Assembly (NCBI GenBank): GCA_043228905.1
Contig: JBHGNT010000021.1
Span: 5,766,001 to 5,830,000 of the forward strand
Source: Azolla caroliniana
Taxonomy: Eukaryota > Plantae > Polypodiophyta
DNA length: 64,000 nucleotides
Reading direction: 5' to 3'
Below the pieces are notes generated by a model. That model saw only the letters and a list, made by a program, of their open reading frames with translations. It did not search any database and was not told the DNA's origin. Shown here in pieces: positions 1 through 15,131 of the stretch; position 1 is the stretch's first letter; each line of letters opens with the position of its first letter. The position numbers were made by a program, and so were the translations under genes.

Positions 1-2693
1 AGAAATGACACTGTAAACATTAGCCATAGATTCTCACTCTTTGACAGCTTCCATCTGTGATCCAAGGTATAACTCATCGCTGCAGTACCACTTTCAGTCT
101 TAGAGGAGACGAGCGTAGGGAAGACACCTGAAAGAATTATTTGTGCAAAGAATATATAATTTGCCACCTGTAAGATGTAATATAACATTGCTTTTTTCCT
201 AACAGTAATTTATAACATAGCTTTGCATTCACCAGGTTACCTGTTAATTTTGTGTAGAAAAGGCCAATAGATTCAAAAGTACGAGGTCCATAATAACGAG
301 TTTGTTTTCTTTTGTTGTACAAGAAAAGGGCCGGTATACTGTAGACTCCATGTTGAGAAAGTGCACTGTCACGATAAAGAAACAATCTGAATAAAATTAG
401 AAAGACAAGCAAAGAAATGTAATGAATCCTTCTTATACCAAAATATATGAAAGTTTGTTGCATATTTTAACAAGACTGGAATATTCTGACCACAAACACT
501 TAAAGCGTATGCCAAATGAGCATGAGATAGACAGAGAGAAAATATATAAATAAAAATAGAGACTGAAATTCTATTAGTTGAAGTAATGAGTGTACAAACA
601 TCCTTGAATATTTGATCTATAGCATAAAATCTCTGAGAAAAAGACCTAGCATAAAATTACCTCCCTCTGATATATTCTTTGTGGAAAATAATCATTTTAT
701 CCCAGATAATCCTATAATATAATAATTTCACATTCGACATAAATATCTGCAACACACATGAATTTCTCTGTTGCGGTTCACACATGAGAATGATAGGCAG
801 CCAAGGTATCTATTTTCCACACTATTTCCATTCATAATCTGTGCAGTCTTTAAAAAACCTGAACGGAAAAATATCAAATCGCCTCAAAAATCTATACGTG
901 GTCTTGAAGTTGAGGCTTTTTGACTAGATTTCTCTAAGCTACAGGCGCTCACACTTCAGTATTAACGTAAGGCAACATCATATCTTGAAGCAGTATTGTT
1001 GTCAAAACATAACTTGTAAACGTTAGCCAAATTCGGGGCAGAGTTATTATAAAACTTGAATGAAAATTGAACGAAATAACTGACGAATACTAGTATTTAA
1101 ATTTACAATATTATAATACCTAGCAATTTGTTCCTAGGTTTCTTAGATTTATTAAAGTAACACTCCAATGAAATCATAAACTTTTTAAGTTAAATGATAA
1201 TCGAACTTATTAACATCTTGTCTTTACAATTCAAAAGAGGTTCTTGTGTCACAGTGTATTGATACACACTACAACCTGCTTTCCTCGGTGGAATATGACG
1301 CGTCATCATCAAACTAAGGTTTTAGAAACAGAAAAATGGTGTCTCCTTCCCTTTTAGTTAAAAAAAAAGTGTTGATAAGTCCCGGCATTAAAAATGATTA
1401 TAGCTGTAATGCAATGAAATAACAAAGGACAAAAGGCAGAGCTCCATTTCTTAGTGCAACTATTCAGAATGGATATATTTGCAAATGAATATTTATAATG
1501 CTATATTTCTACAACAGAACCATGCGTGCAAATGAATATCCATAATCGAGGAAAGCAGGACTCTGGACATCTAAGAGTATCATCCTCAGCCATTCAGTAT
1601 GGACGATGAAACTGTCCTCTACAATCTCAAAAGCATACTGGTGTGGTAAGACATAATTTTGCTATAAAGCAACCTATACTACCCTTGACCATGCATTCTC
1701 ATAGATCTGATGGTGTAATAAGGGATAACAATACATTCTTAGCCACAATCTCTATTGCAAGATGAGAAATAGTAGGATTATTATTACCTTGGCCACAAAG
1801 AAGATGATTCTATCGCAAGATGAGAAATAGTAGGAAACGACATTGCCAAAGACTCGAATGTTTCGCGAAGAGTTCTAGAAAAGGGACACCATTCTGCATA
1901 GAAAAGAACTGCAGTATACATGCGACCTCCACTCTCGAGAACCTTATCTAAACTATACACATTAATCTGAGAGGAATAATAAAAAAAGATATCAGAGAAA
2001 AAGCACAGCAAGATGTCAAACTACACGAATGAAAAGGATTGAGCGAACAAAAGAAGAAAGAGAGCATAAGCCAAACAAGCGGAGGATACGAGCAAAATAA
2101 TACAATAAATACGCGATAAGAATGATATGAAAATGCATGCAGAAACACTTGAAGATGCAACGAGAAAAAAGCATGAAACTGAGATATAAGAATAAAAATG
2201 GCACGAAAATGCAGGCAAAAAAAGACGTCAGAAAAAACCAGAACATTGAGAAAACAAGCACAATAACATGAGAGAAAAAAGACGCAAGAGTAAGTAGAAG
2301 ATAATAATGATGAAACGATATTTGAGAAAACAAAGAAAATCACGATATCAAACAAAAACAAGAATGAAAAAACAGGCCAAAGAAAGACATAAGAATACCA
2401 GGCAAAAGAAAGGCAAGTAAGAAATGAGAAGACAAGGGCATGAAAATCCAAGCAATAAATACCTCTGAGACCTTTGCAGAAATTGTGGCTATATCAAAGA
2501 AGCTGCTTTCAATATGGCTATGGAGAGGACACTGATTATGTAGCAAGAAGAAAGCCTCGTAAAAATCATGAGGTTTGCACAGAACTCCGTCAGCTTGCTG
2601 GATGAAGAAGGATAAGGAAAGACTATGAAGAAGAAGAATCGAGAAGAAGGATTGAAATGGGAAAGGCGGGCTGGTTTGAGCATGGAAACTCAT
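1..2693 (-). CDS. APRL: 5'-adenylylsulfate reductase-like (APRL) thioredoxin-fold membrane protein, 3' end outside the window
   Basis: Spliced by hand with GT-AG introns: exons 2693-2463, 1966-1788, 365-241 and 127-<1. The protein has a signal-peptide-like N-terminus and a thioredoxin-like domain (VLFYAEWCPFSRTLRETFESLAMSFPTISHLAIE...SALSQHGVYSIPALFL...RYYGPRTFESIGLFYTKLTG), followed by the start of a hydrophobic segment (ENLWLMFTVSF). WCPFS is the motif typical of plant APRL4/5/7. Confidence 0.85.
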
Positions 2694-3199
2694 GGTGAAA
2701 ACACTGTCAAATATCGATGCGAATGAAGACTCTGGATAATGGCGAGATGCTTCTTCGAAACTCTGAGTAAATAGAGATGCGTCAGTTCTCTGAGAAACCC
2801 TAAAAACACACAGGAAAACGATCACACACAAGAGAAGACGCAGACAGAACCCCCGGAGGAGGGGGGTGGGAGGGGAGTGTGAAGAGACACAATGAGTGAA
2901 GTGAAGATGATGCAGACTGTGAAGAGTATATTTTTGAAAAAAGGAGAAGTTAAGGGTGGGTTCACATGAAGAAATTATGTAGGAGGTTAAGCAAACACTA
3001 GGGGTTCTATCGAGTGAGTATATATAATAATAATAATAATATATATATACATATATATTGTTGCCAAACCCTTGGGTAGCTCTATGCTATGGACGGATCG
3101 CAATCCAATGGGATGGGGGCCAAGCCCCACCGCAAAGATCACACTTGAGAGAGACACTGAAGGATTTTATTACCACCCTAAAAACACGCAGAGAGTATA

Positions 3200-4700
3200 G
3201 CACTTTTAGGTAGTATGTTTGAAGCAAAGTGAGTAGTGCCTCTTGATGTTTAAGAGTTCTCCTTATGGAAAATGTTGCAATTGAGCGTGCACATTTGTAA
3301 CTAAAGAGAAACGTGTGGCCATGTGTAGAGGATTTCGATTAGAATCCAGATCGACAATGTGTGGAAAGCAAGCTTAAATGAGCTCAAGTGCGGAGCATTT
3401 ATATCAAAGTGTGATGCTCTTGTTCAAGGGCAGGGCAAACTATGCATAGAAAGAAAAGTTTGCTCACTTGTGCCCCAATACCCTATATCACATCAATAAG
3501 AATATGCAACATGTCATACATAAGCAACGGTGTGGATGGTAGACAAAGATATAGATCTAAAATGTACTAATGACGGTGGTTTCCCCATTCAAAGAAGAAT
3601 ATGTCTTTGTAGCACATCTTTCGTAAGTTGATAATTTGAAGTGTAAAAACACCTCCTTAAAGAATGTATCGATGCATCTTGAAGCAAGTGTATTGCATTC
3701 CATCTTCCAAAATATTTCTTGATATCTTGCATCCATCCAAAACTCAAGCTATGGCTTTTGTATGTTGATTTTTTTTATGTACTTCCCATGCAATTTTAAG
3801 AAAGTCAATGTGAGGAGTTCCTTTTAACCTTGAGCATGTACTCATCAACTCTCTCTCTCCATGCCCATGATCTCAATGGGAATCAATATTGTCTGAAGAA
3901 ATAAGAACATGCATTGCATTTGTGTCTCTACTTACAGCTCACTTTTGGACATTTTCCAACTCTTCTAAGAAGACTTACAAAATGATACTACTCCATAGTT
4001 CACCATGGGCGTCACCAAAGTCTCAATGAGATATTTCATAAGAAACTAACATTTAATTTCTCTTCCATTGCTCTCAAATGTATAGTAAGCCTTCTTTCTT
4101 TCTTCCAAGCAACAAAGTAGCACATTCATTCCATTTATAAATGTAAGGAACCTCGAGGCCAAGGAGCTTAAAGCTATCTAGTGTTTCAACCAACTCATTA
4201 TCATCTGCATTGTCAAACTTTTTGTTATTGTGAGGCTTAACGATCACAACTTACATTTTAGAGTTAGTGATACTCAACTTAATATGCATGCAAATTTTTT
4301 CCAATACAATGATTTAAGTTTTCGGCATCACTCTATACTATTTGTTGAAAGCACCACATTATCTATCTATGCAAACCAATAGCATGATGACTACATTCTT
4401 AAAGGTAATTTTTATAATGCCATCTTGTTTTACAAATTTGCCAACCATTTTGCTCCAACTCTGAATGCATTAACCAAAGACAGCATGGTGAAATGGGCAT
4501 CCTTGCTTCACAACAAATGTTTGTGAAGAATTTTGAAATTCCATCTCCCATATGTTTACTTCAAATTCTTTAAATTTCTTAAATACGACAAGACAGCTCA
4601 TACATCTTCCATATAAAATCCAAAGTTCCCTATTCTCTCTTCATTTTCCATTTCATGATACAAACTAAATGTTTGCAACAAAAGATTCAGAACATCACTA
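3200..4700 (-). mobile_element. Highly degenerate RTE/RTEX-like non-LTR retrotransposon fragment (RT plus C-terminal region)
   Basis: Broken minus-strand translations give VKQGCP (~4500), ETLDSFKLLGLEV (~4170), VTPMVNYGVV (~4000), GWMQDIKKYF (~3730) and LRT*AH (~3390), in the same order as the motifs of the better-preserved copy at 7.4-10.8 kb. Boundaries are approximate. Confidence 0.6.
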
Positions 4701-4926
4701 AATGTCCAACTCTAAAATAAAGTTAATGTCCGTACAAACTAGGTAGGTGTGTGACATATCCAAAAAAAGAAAAAGAAAAGCATATATACTTCGTGGTCAC
4801 TTTTGATTGAAAATATGGATCCATTATCTAAAATTATACATTTCTAATGCAATGAATCTTTTTCAAGTGAAAACAAGAATTAATGCACGCTCATCACAAG
4901 TTGATTTGGGGTGCTGCTTATATAGG

Positions 4927-7900
4927 TCATTTTTGGAAAGAAATTGAGTATGATCCAGTGTTTGGATCCTTTACGGCCTTAAAATTGTCCACACTCATGC
5001 CAAATCGCCCTAAAACTGAGTTTCCAAGATCTTTCAGTTTTCCTGTATAGTAAAACAAAACAATGACAATGAGAAGACCAAAAACTGTATATCATCAAGA
5101 ACCCATACAATCACTGTGTTTGATTTATTGAACAGGAAAACAAAGGTTAGGTTTGCATGTGGTGAATCGAACTATTAGACAGTTATATTGGTTGTCAAGT
5201 TTAGGATTTGGACTGAAAATTAGCAACTCTATTGGCTGTGACCTGTTTATTAGTTTATTTGTAAAGCTTAGGTCATTGATTGGAGTCCCAAACAATGAGC
5301 ACAAGAATAAATAAATAAATAAAAACAGAAAAAGCATAAGAAATTCTACTTAGAGCACAAGAAAGTGTACATGCAAAAAAATAAAGCAGCAGATGGCTCG
5401 CTAATTGAAACAAAGAAAAATATACAAAAAATACACAGATTTATATGGGACATGAATGTATATACTTTGATTAATACTAGGCATCATAAAACAAAGAAAT
5501 CACAATGAACAAGTACACATCCTTCTTGCAACATTATGCCAGGAAGACCTAATTAGGATTGTGTGTCTCAATCAACAGAAAGGAAATGAGAACACGCATT
5601 CTTGCAGTGATAAGGTATTTTAAAAATCACATCAATGAACAAAAATACAAAATCAATTAACCATGCAGACCTACCAAGCATTTCCTCTTTGAGCTTTTCT
5701 CTTCTTTCTGCTACAATGGGTTCAAGCCTCCTTGCACTCGCAATAGCTTGCTGGTTTCCTGGATTCAACTCCACTACCTTCTTATAATCTGCAAAACAGT
5801 GAATTCTTTTAGAAACCCAATAATCAAACCATCTCTATTCTTATTTCAGAGCTGTACGCATAGGTTGTATTCAACAATGATGGATATGAAAATAACACAA
5901 TTATCTTATATGCAACTTCTATAGTACTCCTTGATACCAATAAGTAGGATATAAAATGAACACAATCGCAAAACATGTGAGGATAAGAATAGGAATAACT
6001 CCAAGAATAAAGTTGTTTGCAAACCTGTCAAAGCCTCATCAAGTTGATCTAACTTTTCATGTGCTTGAGCTCTCCTTACTAAGGCTTTGACATAAGCTGG
6101 GTTAAGTTCCAAAGCCTTTGTACTTTGCTCTACTGCTTCTTTGTACTGGCTCTGAAAAATACAGCAACTTAAAGTTAGTCATTGCTTTGTCTGTTTTTAT
6201 TTCATTTTCATAAAGAAGAAGAGACAGAGTGACCAAGGCAAGCCGAGAGAACTATTGGAGGCACTATTGCCCATCTCATTGGTGAGCACATGATTAGGTT
6301 TAGATGGACTTCATATACAAAGACACTCGATACCTTCAGTGAGAGTGCATGCAGACTGAATCTATTTGTTTATCATGCCATGGCAACACAAAGACCTCCA
6401 GCCTTCACAGTAATCAGTGCCAGAGATATTACCCTGTTCTGTGCGCAGCCTACCTTCGTAGAGATTCTGAGGTTCCCAGAGAACAGACATCTTGGACTTT
6501 TTCTATTAGAGCCCCAGGAAGCTACAACGGACAGTGGATTCACAAACGCTACACATACTACTTTCATCCCCATGGATACAATTTCATCACTACTATATTA
6601 TCAGAGTGTATTTGGAGTTCTGACCTCAAGGATTGACCATAGACCAAGACACAGAGACCTACCAAGCATGTCTCCGCAAACAAAAAGGAGATTACAATGC
6701 AGATACTACAGTCAGGTCTATCATTACTTGACTATATGAAACAGAGGTCTGAGCTCCCAGAATAAAACGGTGAAGATGTAAAAGTTAGTCATATGCCACC
6801 ATTAAAAGCAGAACCAGATACTCCATAACGCTTCTAGAAATAGACAAAGGACAGTAAGAGTTTTATGCCTTTCAAGTAGTACACGTACATATTAGAAGGA
6901 AGGGCAGTAATAACCTTCCCAAGGCTATATGGGAAACCGTATGCTTACCACAGCAAAACAAATTTATTGCATCCAGCTAGGTCCAATACAACCGGAAATG
7001 GTTAGCAAATTGGAAAGTCAAATCACACTTGGATGTGGGCATAGAAGAAAAGAAAGGGACATGATGACATAAGTCCATTTTTTACTCGGCCACATTGGAA
7101 CCCTTCCATGCTAATGGTGAACAGCCCAACAGTTGCAATATCAAGCTCAACCCTTGTAATAAATGTATGGGAGATACCTTGTAGTGAATGAAGTAGATAC
7201 TTAAGATATGCCACTCACTTGCCCATTATGATAGATTGATTCACAAAATGTTCTATATAATCCTCTATTGTATCTAGGGTTGATTTTATAGTTGATATAG
7301 TGTTGATTAGCATTAATTTATACTTGAGTTACATAGTTCGTGAATATCAGTGTATATCATCCCGTTAATCTTGTGTATTGCCTCTCTCTCCCTCTCTAGA
7401 AACCAAATCCCGACAATGCACAATATTTCAGATGGATAGAAACCTAGAAATGGTGAATGTCGACCCTTTAGCCTTAGACATAACACGTACATCAAAGGAT
7501 CAAGGTGCGGATGCCACAAGCTTTGGCCATCATCTGCTTGAACTTGGAAGCCGACACCAGATGATCATATATAATGGCTTAGCCAAGTGGCCGGGCTCGG
7601 AAGAGCTCACATGTTTCCCACATGCAGTAGGGGACAGCACAGTTGATTACCTAATAGGACGCCCTGAAGCTACCCACATGGTTAACTCCTTCCGGGTGGC
7701 CCCATGCCCCATTGGTGCAGACCATAGCTTGCTAAAATGCGACACCTCCCACGCCACCAACTCTAGTCAACCAAACCATCACACCATAATACATTTCACG
7801 CATGAGCTCACTGACATCTACTCCCGACATGTTCAAGCCCATCTCTCCTCTTTTGATTCTTCCTTGCCTTTAGAGAACCTCACTACAAAACTCGCACACA

Positions 7901-10810
7901 TCCTTCACTCAGCAGCAATTAGTAGCTTCCTATACACGAAACACTACAATCATAGTAGAATAGGGTCTATGCCACAGAACAAGTGGTATGATAAGGATTG
8001 TAGAGAGTTGTATAGACAACTTAAAGTGTCGTGACTTAGTGGTACTATTTCCTCAGTATAGGCTCGCAAAGAGATGCACAAGATGACACATCATAAAAGA
8101 CGAGCTTGGGAAGCATCTCAATATTGGGAACTCTACCATATGCTCATGAGTAGGGACTGCGCCCTTGCATGGAAGAGACTACGGGAACCACGACCACAAA
8201 CACCCATTGAGGATCCCAATATTTGGCACACATATATCGAGAGACTCTACCATGTCCCGAACCAACCACCCATTCCAATACTTTCCACACCTCGACCTAC
8301 CATGGGGACACTTTTCACGATCTCTAGGGTCACGAAGGTGATAAAAAAATTACAACATAGGAAATCCATGGACCGCACAGGATTGTGAGCCGAGCATATC
8401 ATATATGCTCGAGAGTGCCTAACCCCCTTTCTCACTCTAATCTTCAACCGCGCCCTCGCCGAGGGTTTTCCACCACAATGGACCATGAACACAGTGGCCC
8501 CTATACATAAAGGAGGGGACCCAATGGACTCAAATACATATAGGACCATTATAATAGGTCATACGCTCGCTAAACTATATAGTGCAATAATGGAAGCGGA
8601 GCTCAACGATTACATGGAAACATTAAGTCTTCGAGCACCTGAGCAGGCTGGCTTTAGACGAGCCTTCTCCACTATTGACCATATCTTCACACTTAGGTGC
8701 TTAATTGACCAGACGAAGGCTTGTAAGAAGAAATTATATTGCTGCTTTGTGGACTTCCGCAAAGCCTTTGACACAGTTCCTAGGTAGAGGTTGTTTGATA
8801 GACTTAAGAGCTTGGAGATACCAAATGACATGATCTGGGCCATTTATGCCCTATATGAGCAAGTCTCTAGGTGCGTAAGATGCCAAGGTGGCCTATCCGA
8901 TTGTTTCATGAGCACCATTGGTGTAAAACAGAGTTGCCCCCTATCACCGACTCTTTTTGGGATCTACATTGATGAGATCACTGATTTTATTGCTCGTAAG
9001 GGAGGCAAGGGAGTAGCTATTGGGGATACCCAAGTTAGTCTCTTACTCTACGCAGACGACATTGTCTTGCTCTCGGAGTTGGAACACGACCTACAAAAGC
9101 ATCTTAATGCCATAGATGACTTTTGTACATAACAAGGACTGGTAGTGAATCTAGCAAAAACTCAAGTCCTTATCTTTCATACATCATCCTGAGTTAGGAG
9201 TAAATGTCACCTAATCCTCTCTCATAAACTAGTTGAGGTAGTTGGATCATATGTATACTTGGGAGTCACTTTTAGTGCTCGCTCAGGTAAATTCTCGATG
9301 ACCAAGGCACCCAAAGATAGGCTAACGGGAGGGCATGCATCCCTCTCACTCTTAGAGAGACAATGCCACTACGCATACTTTCAAGAGCCACAAACTAAGG
9401 GATGACTCTTCGACTCATTAGTGACCCCTTCCCTCATGTATGCATCAGTAGTATGGGCTCTAGGTCTACCATCTTTCATGTGGACGCAATTAGAGAGACC
9501 TTTGGTGACGATGTTAGCATGTCAACTCCGAAGCAAATCGATAGTACCACATGACATTATTAGAGCAGAGTTAAGTCTGCCCCGGATGTTAATAGAAGCA
9601 CTTTTTCAAGTGGTAGTTTTTATTCATCGGATACATAGCCAACCACAAGATAGGATATCCCGTCGAGCCTTTGAGGCATCCCGATCCCTACATTTGTCCG
9701 GAGACACTTGCTCTTGGTATAGCGCTATGGTGAGTTGGTTACTTGCAAACGGCATAGACATTAATAACCTACCTCCCCTTAAGTACAACCACAGGACTAA
9801 TCAAACTCTAATCTCTCATGAAGACCATAATGAAGTGATACGCCAAGAAATATGGCAAATTTACACTCGATATAAATGGATCACCCCATGAGAGCCACTC
9901 CCATCTAAAATTTTATACTATAAGGAACACTTCTTGCACTTCTCTAAGTTAGGTTTTATTACACGACCAAGATATCTAGATACATTCTTATCAAATGCTA
10001 AGGGTGGCCATTGGACAACTTAGGATATCATCTCACCAACTTGAGATTGAGAATGGTCGGGCTAATAGAGTCCCTAGAGAGGAAAGGTTATGTAGGTTAT
10101 GGCATAGAGATAGAGGATAAGTATCACTTCACATGCAAGTGCCCAACTTATGCCGAGATACGGACGAAATACCAAGACATATTAGGAGCCTCTCCCACCC
10201 TCTCCAAACTATTAGATACCCCCGATGTAAAGAGACTAGGTAGGTATATCTTAGAGCTAAAACAACATAGGGAGAATAAATTACAAAGTGTTAACCATAA
10301 CCCTTTTACTATTCATCAACATGTAACTAGTGTAATTTTTCAGGAACAAGGGGAGACAATGAATGTGGATACACTTACGCCGCTCGACCTCTCTCTTGAG
10401 GAAGCAGAAATGCAAAGAACAACTAAACACCCTCGGATGTCGAGCTTCAAAACAAGTCAACACGGAGTGGAAAAGATTAAGAAGATAAGGGAACATGAGC
10501 TACGTCGACTAGAAGCTATGGTTGGGGTACCTTTCACATTGGGACCACGGGCCACACCCACATTGAAACCTTTTAACCTCCCGCTTCTCTTCGAGAGACT
10601 TGGATGGAAATGAAATTAGGCCTAGTATAACATCATTTTCATTGTAGTACATGTTTTTTATATATAACATGTTTGTTATTTTACTAGAACTATTTAGCTT
10701 AAAACTCTATTTTTATTTTTATTTTTTACTTTTGATGAATGGCTAAATATCCCATTTTTTGTTGTAAACCATTTGTCTCATGGGCCAATTTTGGCCTTAG
10801 ACAACGTTAA

Positions 10811-10858
<48 letters not shown>

Positions 10859-13800
10859 GATAAGGTCACATTACATAGAGAGATCCAGCAGTCTAGGAGC
10901 ATGTGTAGTGAATATAGCCATACCAATATTACTATATGTTGATATTGTGCTGACCTTTGGCACTCCAGAACTACAAACACACATAGATAAAACTAAGTGA
11001 CAATGTTTAACACCACACGGCATGGGTAACAAGATCCGAACCAGAATCCCCCAATATTCAATGGCTTTGGGGGCTCCCCAAACGAAGGTATTCAAGGTTG
11101 CCACTTATGCCATCAAAAAAACTTGTTGAACATGGAGATATTCATTGAAATCCAACAATGGTTCAAGACATACAGCATAAACATAAATGCACTACCCCTA
11201 CTCCAATATAAACATAAATGCTGAAATCCAACAATGGTTCGAGTCACATAGCATAAACATAAATGCACTACCTCTACTCCAATATAGCTTGGATTGTCCC
11301 CATCTAAACATAACCAAAGTGGAAAAGAACTGAGTGATCAAAACCAGTATCATCAAGTTGGAAAAGTAGATAACATGGATCAGCCCCACAACATCTCTTG
11401 GTAGGAAGACGGCCCACTATAAGACCCTTTTTACAGACATCAATGATGGATTCATCATCAACCCCTCTGATATGGACATGCATCTTTCCTATGCATTGCA
11501 CAATGTGATAGAGCAATTGCGAACTTCTTCACATTAGTTAAGACATTGACATAGGAAGATATGCATGACTACCTCTAGAAGAAAGAATATCCCAATTGTG
11601 TCATCAGGGAATAAAATCTAACAAACACTATGTTTGTGATTGTGTTGTTTCTAATGAAATAAGAGGGAGATACCATTGCCCGTTAAGCAAGAGTTCAGCT
11701 CACTACACAAGATAATGGAATATAAGGACTAACAAGCTTGGGGCTTTTCTTGTTAGAATTCAAGAGACACAAGGAGAAGTTGTTGAAAGACAACAACACA
11801 GCCACACAAGCTCATTAACAAAGAACAATTGCAGCTTTCTTTAGCCCCATCACTCCTATTCATGCTACAAGTCAATCACGGGCTATACAAATAGGCTCCC
11901 AACCAGGATATTGTATAGGGTTACAATAGATCGGGCAATAGCAATTTGTTGTGAACATAGGCCTTGGGCTCAGGGACCACAATCTCACCACCCTTGTCAT
12001 CGATAGATAAAGGCCATTATCTCCTCCCATCACAAGTGCATTCCTTGCTTTGGAGACCTTTCCATTTTGGATCAACCTATGCTAGATACCTTTTGAAGAC
12101 AAAAATTGCATTGTGTTTTGACTTGAGAATCTTAAATGTATCAATGACAAGATTCTTTAGTCGCATCTCAATTCTATTTCTATTTACTATTTTACTTAGT
12201 TACATTTATTTTGGTTTGTTGTTCTCAAAGATGAGAACATTTAAAGATATAATCTCTCATTTCGTCTTAGAAGCCATTTTGGCCTCTTAAAAGACATTAA
12301 TCTTTCTTTCTTTCTTTCTTGATTTCTATCTATCTCTCACTCACTTTGACATACATTACATAGTTCTATTTTACCTCCAAAGATGATAATAAAATCTATC
12401 TATCTCTCTCCCTCTCTCTAATACATGCACACATAGCACATACAATCTAACTAATCTTTGTTGTGTATATAGTGGATCCTCTATATACAAACTACTTAGT
12501 CCTTTACACAACATAGATCTGAGTTGGAGTACAATTGAAGGCAAAGTATTACTCAATATTGTGAAAATTACTGAGTCCTTTAAAAAAGAAACAGGGTTCA
12601 GTTGAATATCGAGCAGAAAAAGTGGATGTGTAACCTATGTTGCCAATAATAACAAAAATAGAAGAACGCATCACCTTGGAATCCATCTGGCATTGTTGCA
12701 AAATACGATGTTGTATTAGCTTTCAAGAACTCCTTATACAAATGAAACCATCATCAACAACACCAGAAATACTCTTTGCTTGTATATGATTAGGAATCGG
12801 CAAAGCAGCGGCTTCAGCCACGGCTTGCAAGCTCAGTATGACTTCAACCCCCGATTTCCAGCTCAGCTTGGGGACGGCTCAAGTTGCTCACCCTTGCCTC
12901 CTTCCTATTCCCATTTCCCACACAACTCAAGCCATTAACGCATTTGCTCAAGTCAACTCCGGTGCCACATGGCTTCAGTTCAAGCAGCTTAGGCTTGGTC
13001 AGCTCAGCTCAGCTCAAGCTTTGCTCTTTTCAATCGACTTGGAGCCAAGATGCTTGGGTCAAGGATCCCCAAGTCAAGCTGAGCCGCCAAATTTCTATAT
13101 CTGATCATAGAACAAAACTCATGGAAGTTCAAATTCGTGAAATCATCAACTAGCTTAGTTTCCATTTCAGATTTTATATTTCCATTCGCCTCAAAGAAGA
13201 TCTCAATGAGTTAAAACTATTTTGTACTGACAAAGGTTTGTCAATAAACATGGATAAAACTAAAGTGATGGTGTTCAACACCACTCAAGCATGGGTAACC
13301 AGATCAGAACCAAAATTCTTCTTGGGCGAGGAAAAGGTGGAATAGACATGCTCCTACACATACTAGGAGTAACATTTACAAGGCCTAGGTTCTCTGTACA
13401 GGAGGCTGCTTGTGCCTCACTTTCTCGTGGATATACAACCCTTGGTGCTCTCGAGAGGCAATGTGCACATTTGCAGTTCCAAGAGCCACAAACGAAGTTG
13501 TGGTTATTTGATACACTTGTCACACCAACTCTTCTCTATGGAGTAGAAACGTGGGGACCGAGTCTTAACAAGGTGAATCATTGGAAAGATTTAGAGAGAC
13601 CACTAGTGTCAATGATTGCCTGCATGATCAGGAGCAAAGCATCGGTGCCCCATGATATAATCTAAGCAGAGATGGGATCAGCACCTATAATCACCGTGGC
13701 ATTGTTCCAATCAATGACATGTATCCAACGCCTTTGGGAGCTCCCGAAACAAAGGTACCCAAGGGTGGCACTTATGTCATGAAGACAACTGGCTGAAAAT

Positions 13801-15051
13801 GGAGACATTCATTGTTGGTATGCTGAAATGCAGGAATGGTTCGAGTCACATGGCATGAGTATGAAGCACTACCCCCATTCCAATATAGCTTGGACTCTCC
13901 CCATCTAAATATGACCAAAGTGGAAAACAATAGAGTGATCCGAACTGATATTATTAACTTGGAAAACAAGATAACATGGATCAGCCCCAAAATTTCACTC
14001 GGTACGAAGATGGCCCACTATAAGACACACTTCTTACACACACATCAAAGGATGGATTCATCATCAGGCCACCTTATATGGACATACATCTATCCTATGC
14101 GCAGCGCAATGTGATAGGGCAACTGCGAACTTCATTACATCAGTTACAGATTGAGGAAGGCAGATATACACGAATACCTCTAGAAGAAAGAATTTGCCAA
14201 TTGTGTAATCAAGGAGTGGAATCCAAGAACACTATGTTTGTCACTGTAGTGTCTTTTATGAAATAAGAGGGAGATACCATTGGCTCTTTAAACAATACTT
14301 TGGCCCACTACGCATGGTAATAGAATGAGGACCAACGGTGCCTAGGATTTTTCTTGCTAGAGCTGAAGAGACATCGGGAAAAGTTGTTGAAGAATACAGC
14401 CACACAAGCTCATCCACAAAGAACAATCACAACTTTCTTTAGCCCCATCACTCCTACTAATGCTACGAGCCAATCAAGGGATACACAAATGGACTCCCGA
14501 CCAAGACATAACAAAGGGGTTACAATAGATCGGGTAACAACAATTTGTCGTGCACGTAGGCCCCGGCCCCATGGACACGTCCGCAACACCCTTATCATCG
14601 ACAGATAAAGGCCATTATCTCCCACCATCGCAGCTACTTCCCTCACTTTGGAGACCTCTCCATTCTAGATCGACCTATGCTAGAGAGATCTTCCGAAGAC
14701 AAAAGTTACAATATATCTAACTTGAGAATCTCACATGTGCCAAAATCCAGATTCCCTCATTTGTTTTTATCTTATTTACTTCTATATTTACTGAGTAATA
14801 GTTATTCTATTTTGAATTGTTGTTCTCAAAGACGAGACAACACTTAAGATGCAATCTCTTGTTTGGTCTTATAGACCATTTTGGCCTCTTAAAAGACATT
14901 AATATATCTTTCTTCTTCTTTCTTTCTCCTCCAATTCATCTATCATGCAGCTTCTCTGCTTTAGGTCCATTCGATCAGTTTACTTGATGGACTCCAATGA
15001 GCAATAATACAATTCCAGTGGTTACATATTTGGACTCCAATGGGCAATAAT

Positions 15052-15131
<80 letters not shown>

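Noticed and set aside
1948-2451. Hydrophobic, Phe-rich 167-aa ORF that looks like a membrane protein
   Set aside because: It lies mostly in the T-rich intron 1 of the APRL gene, so it is a compositional artefact.
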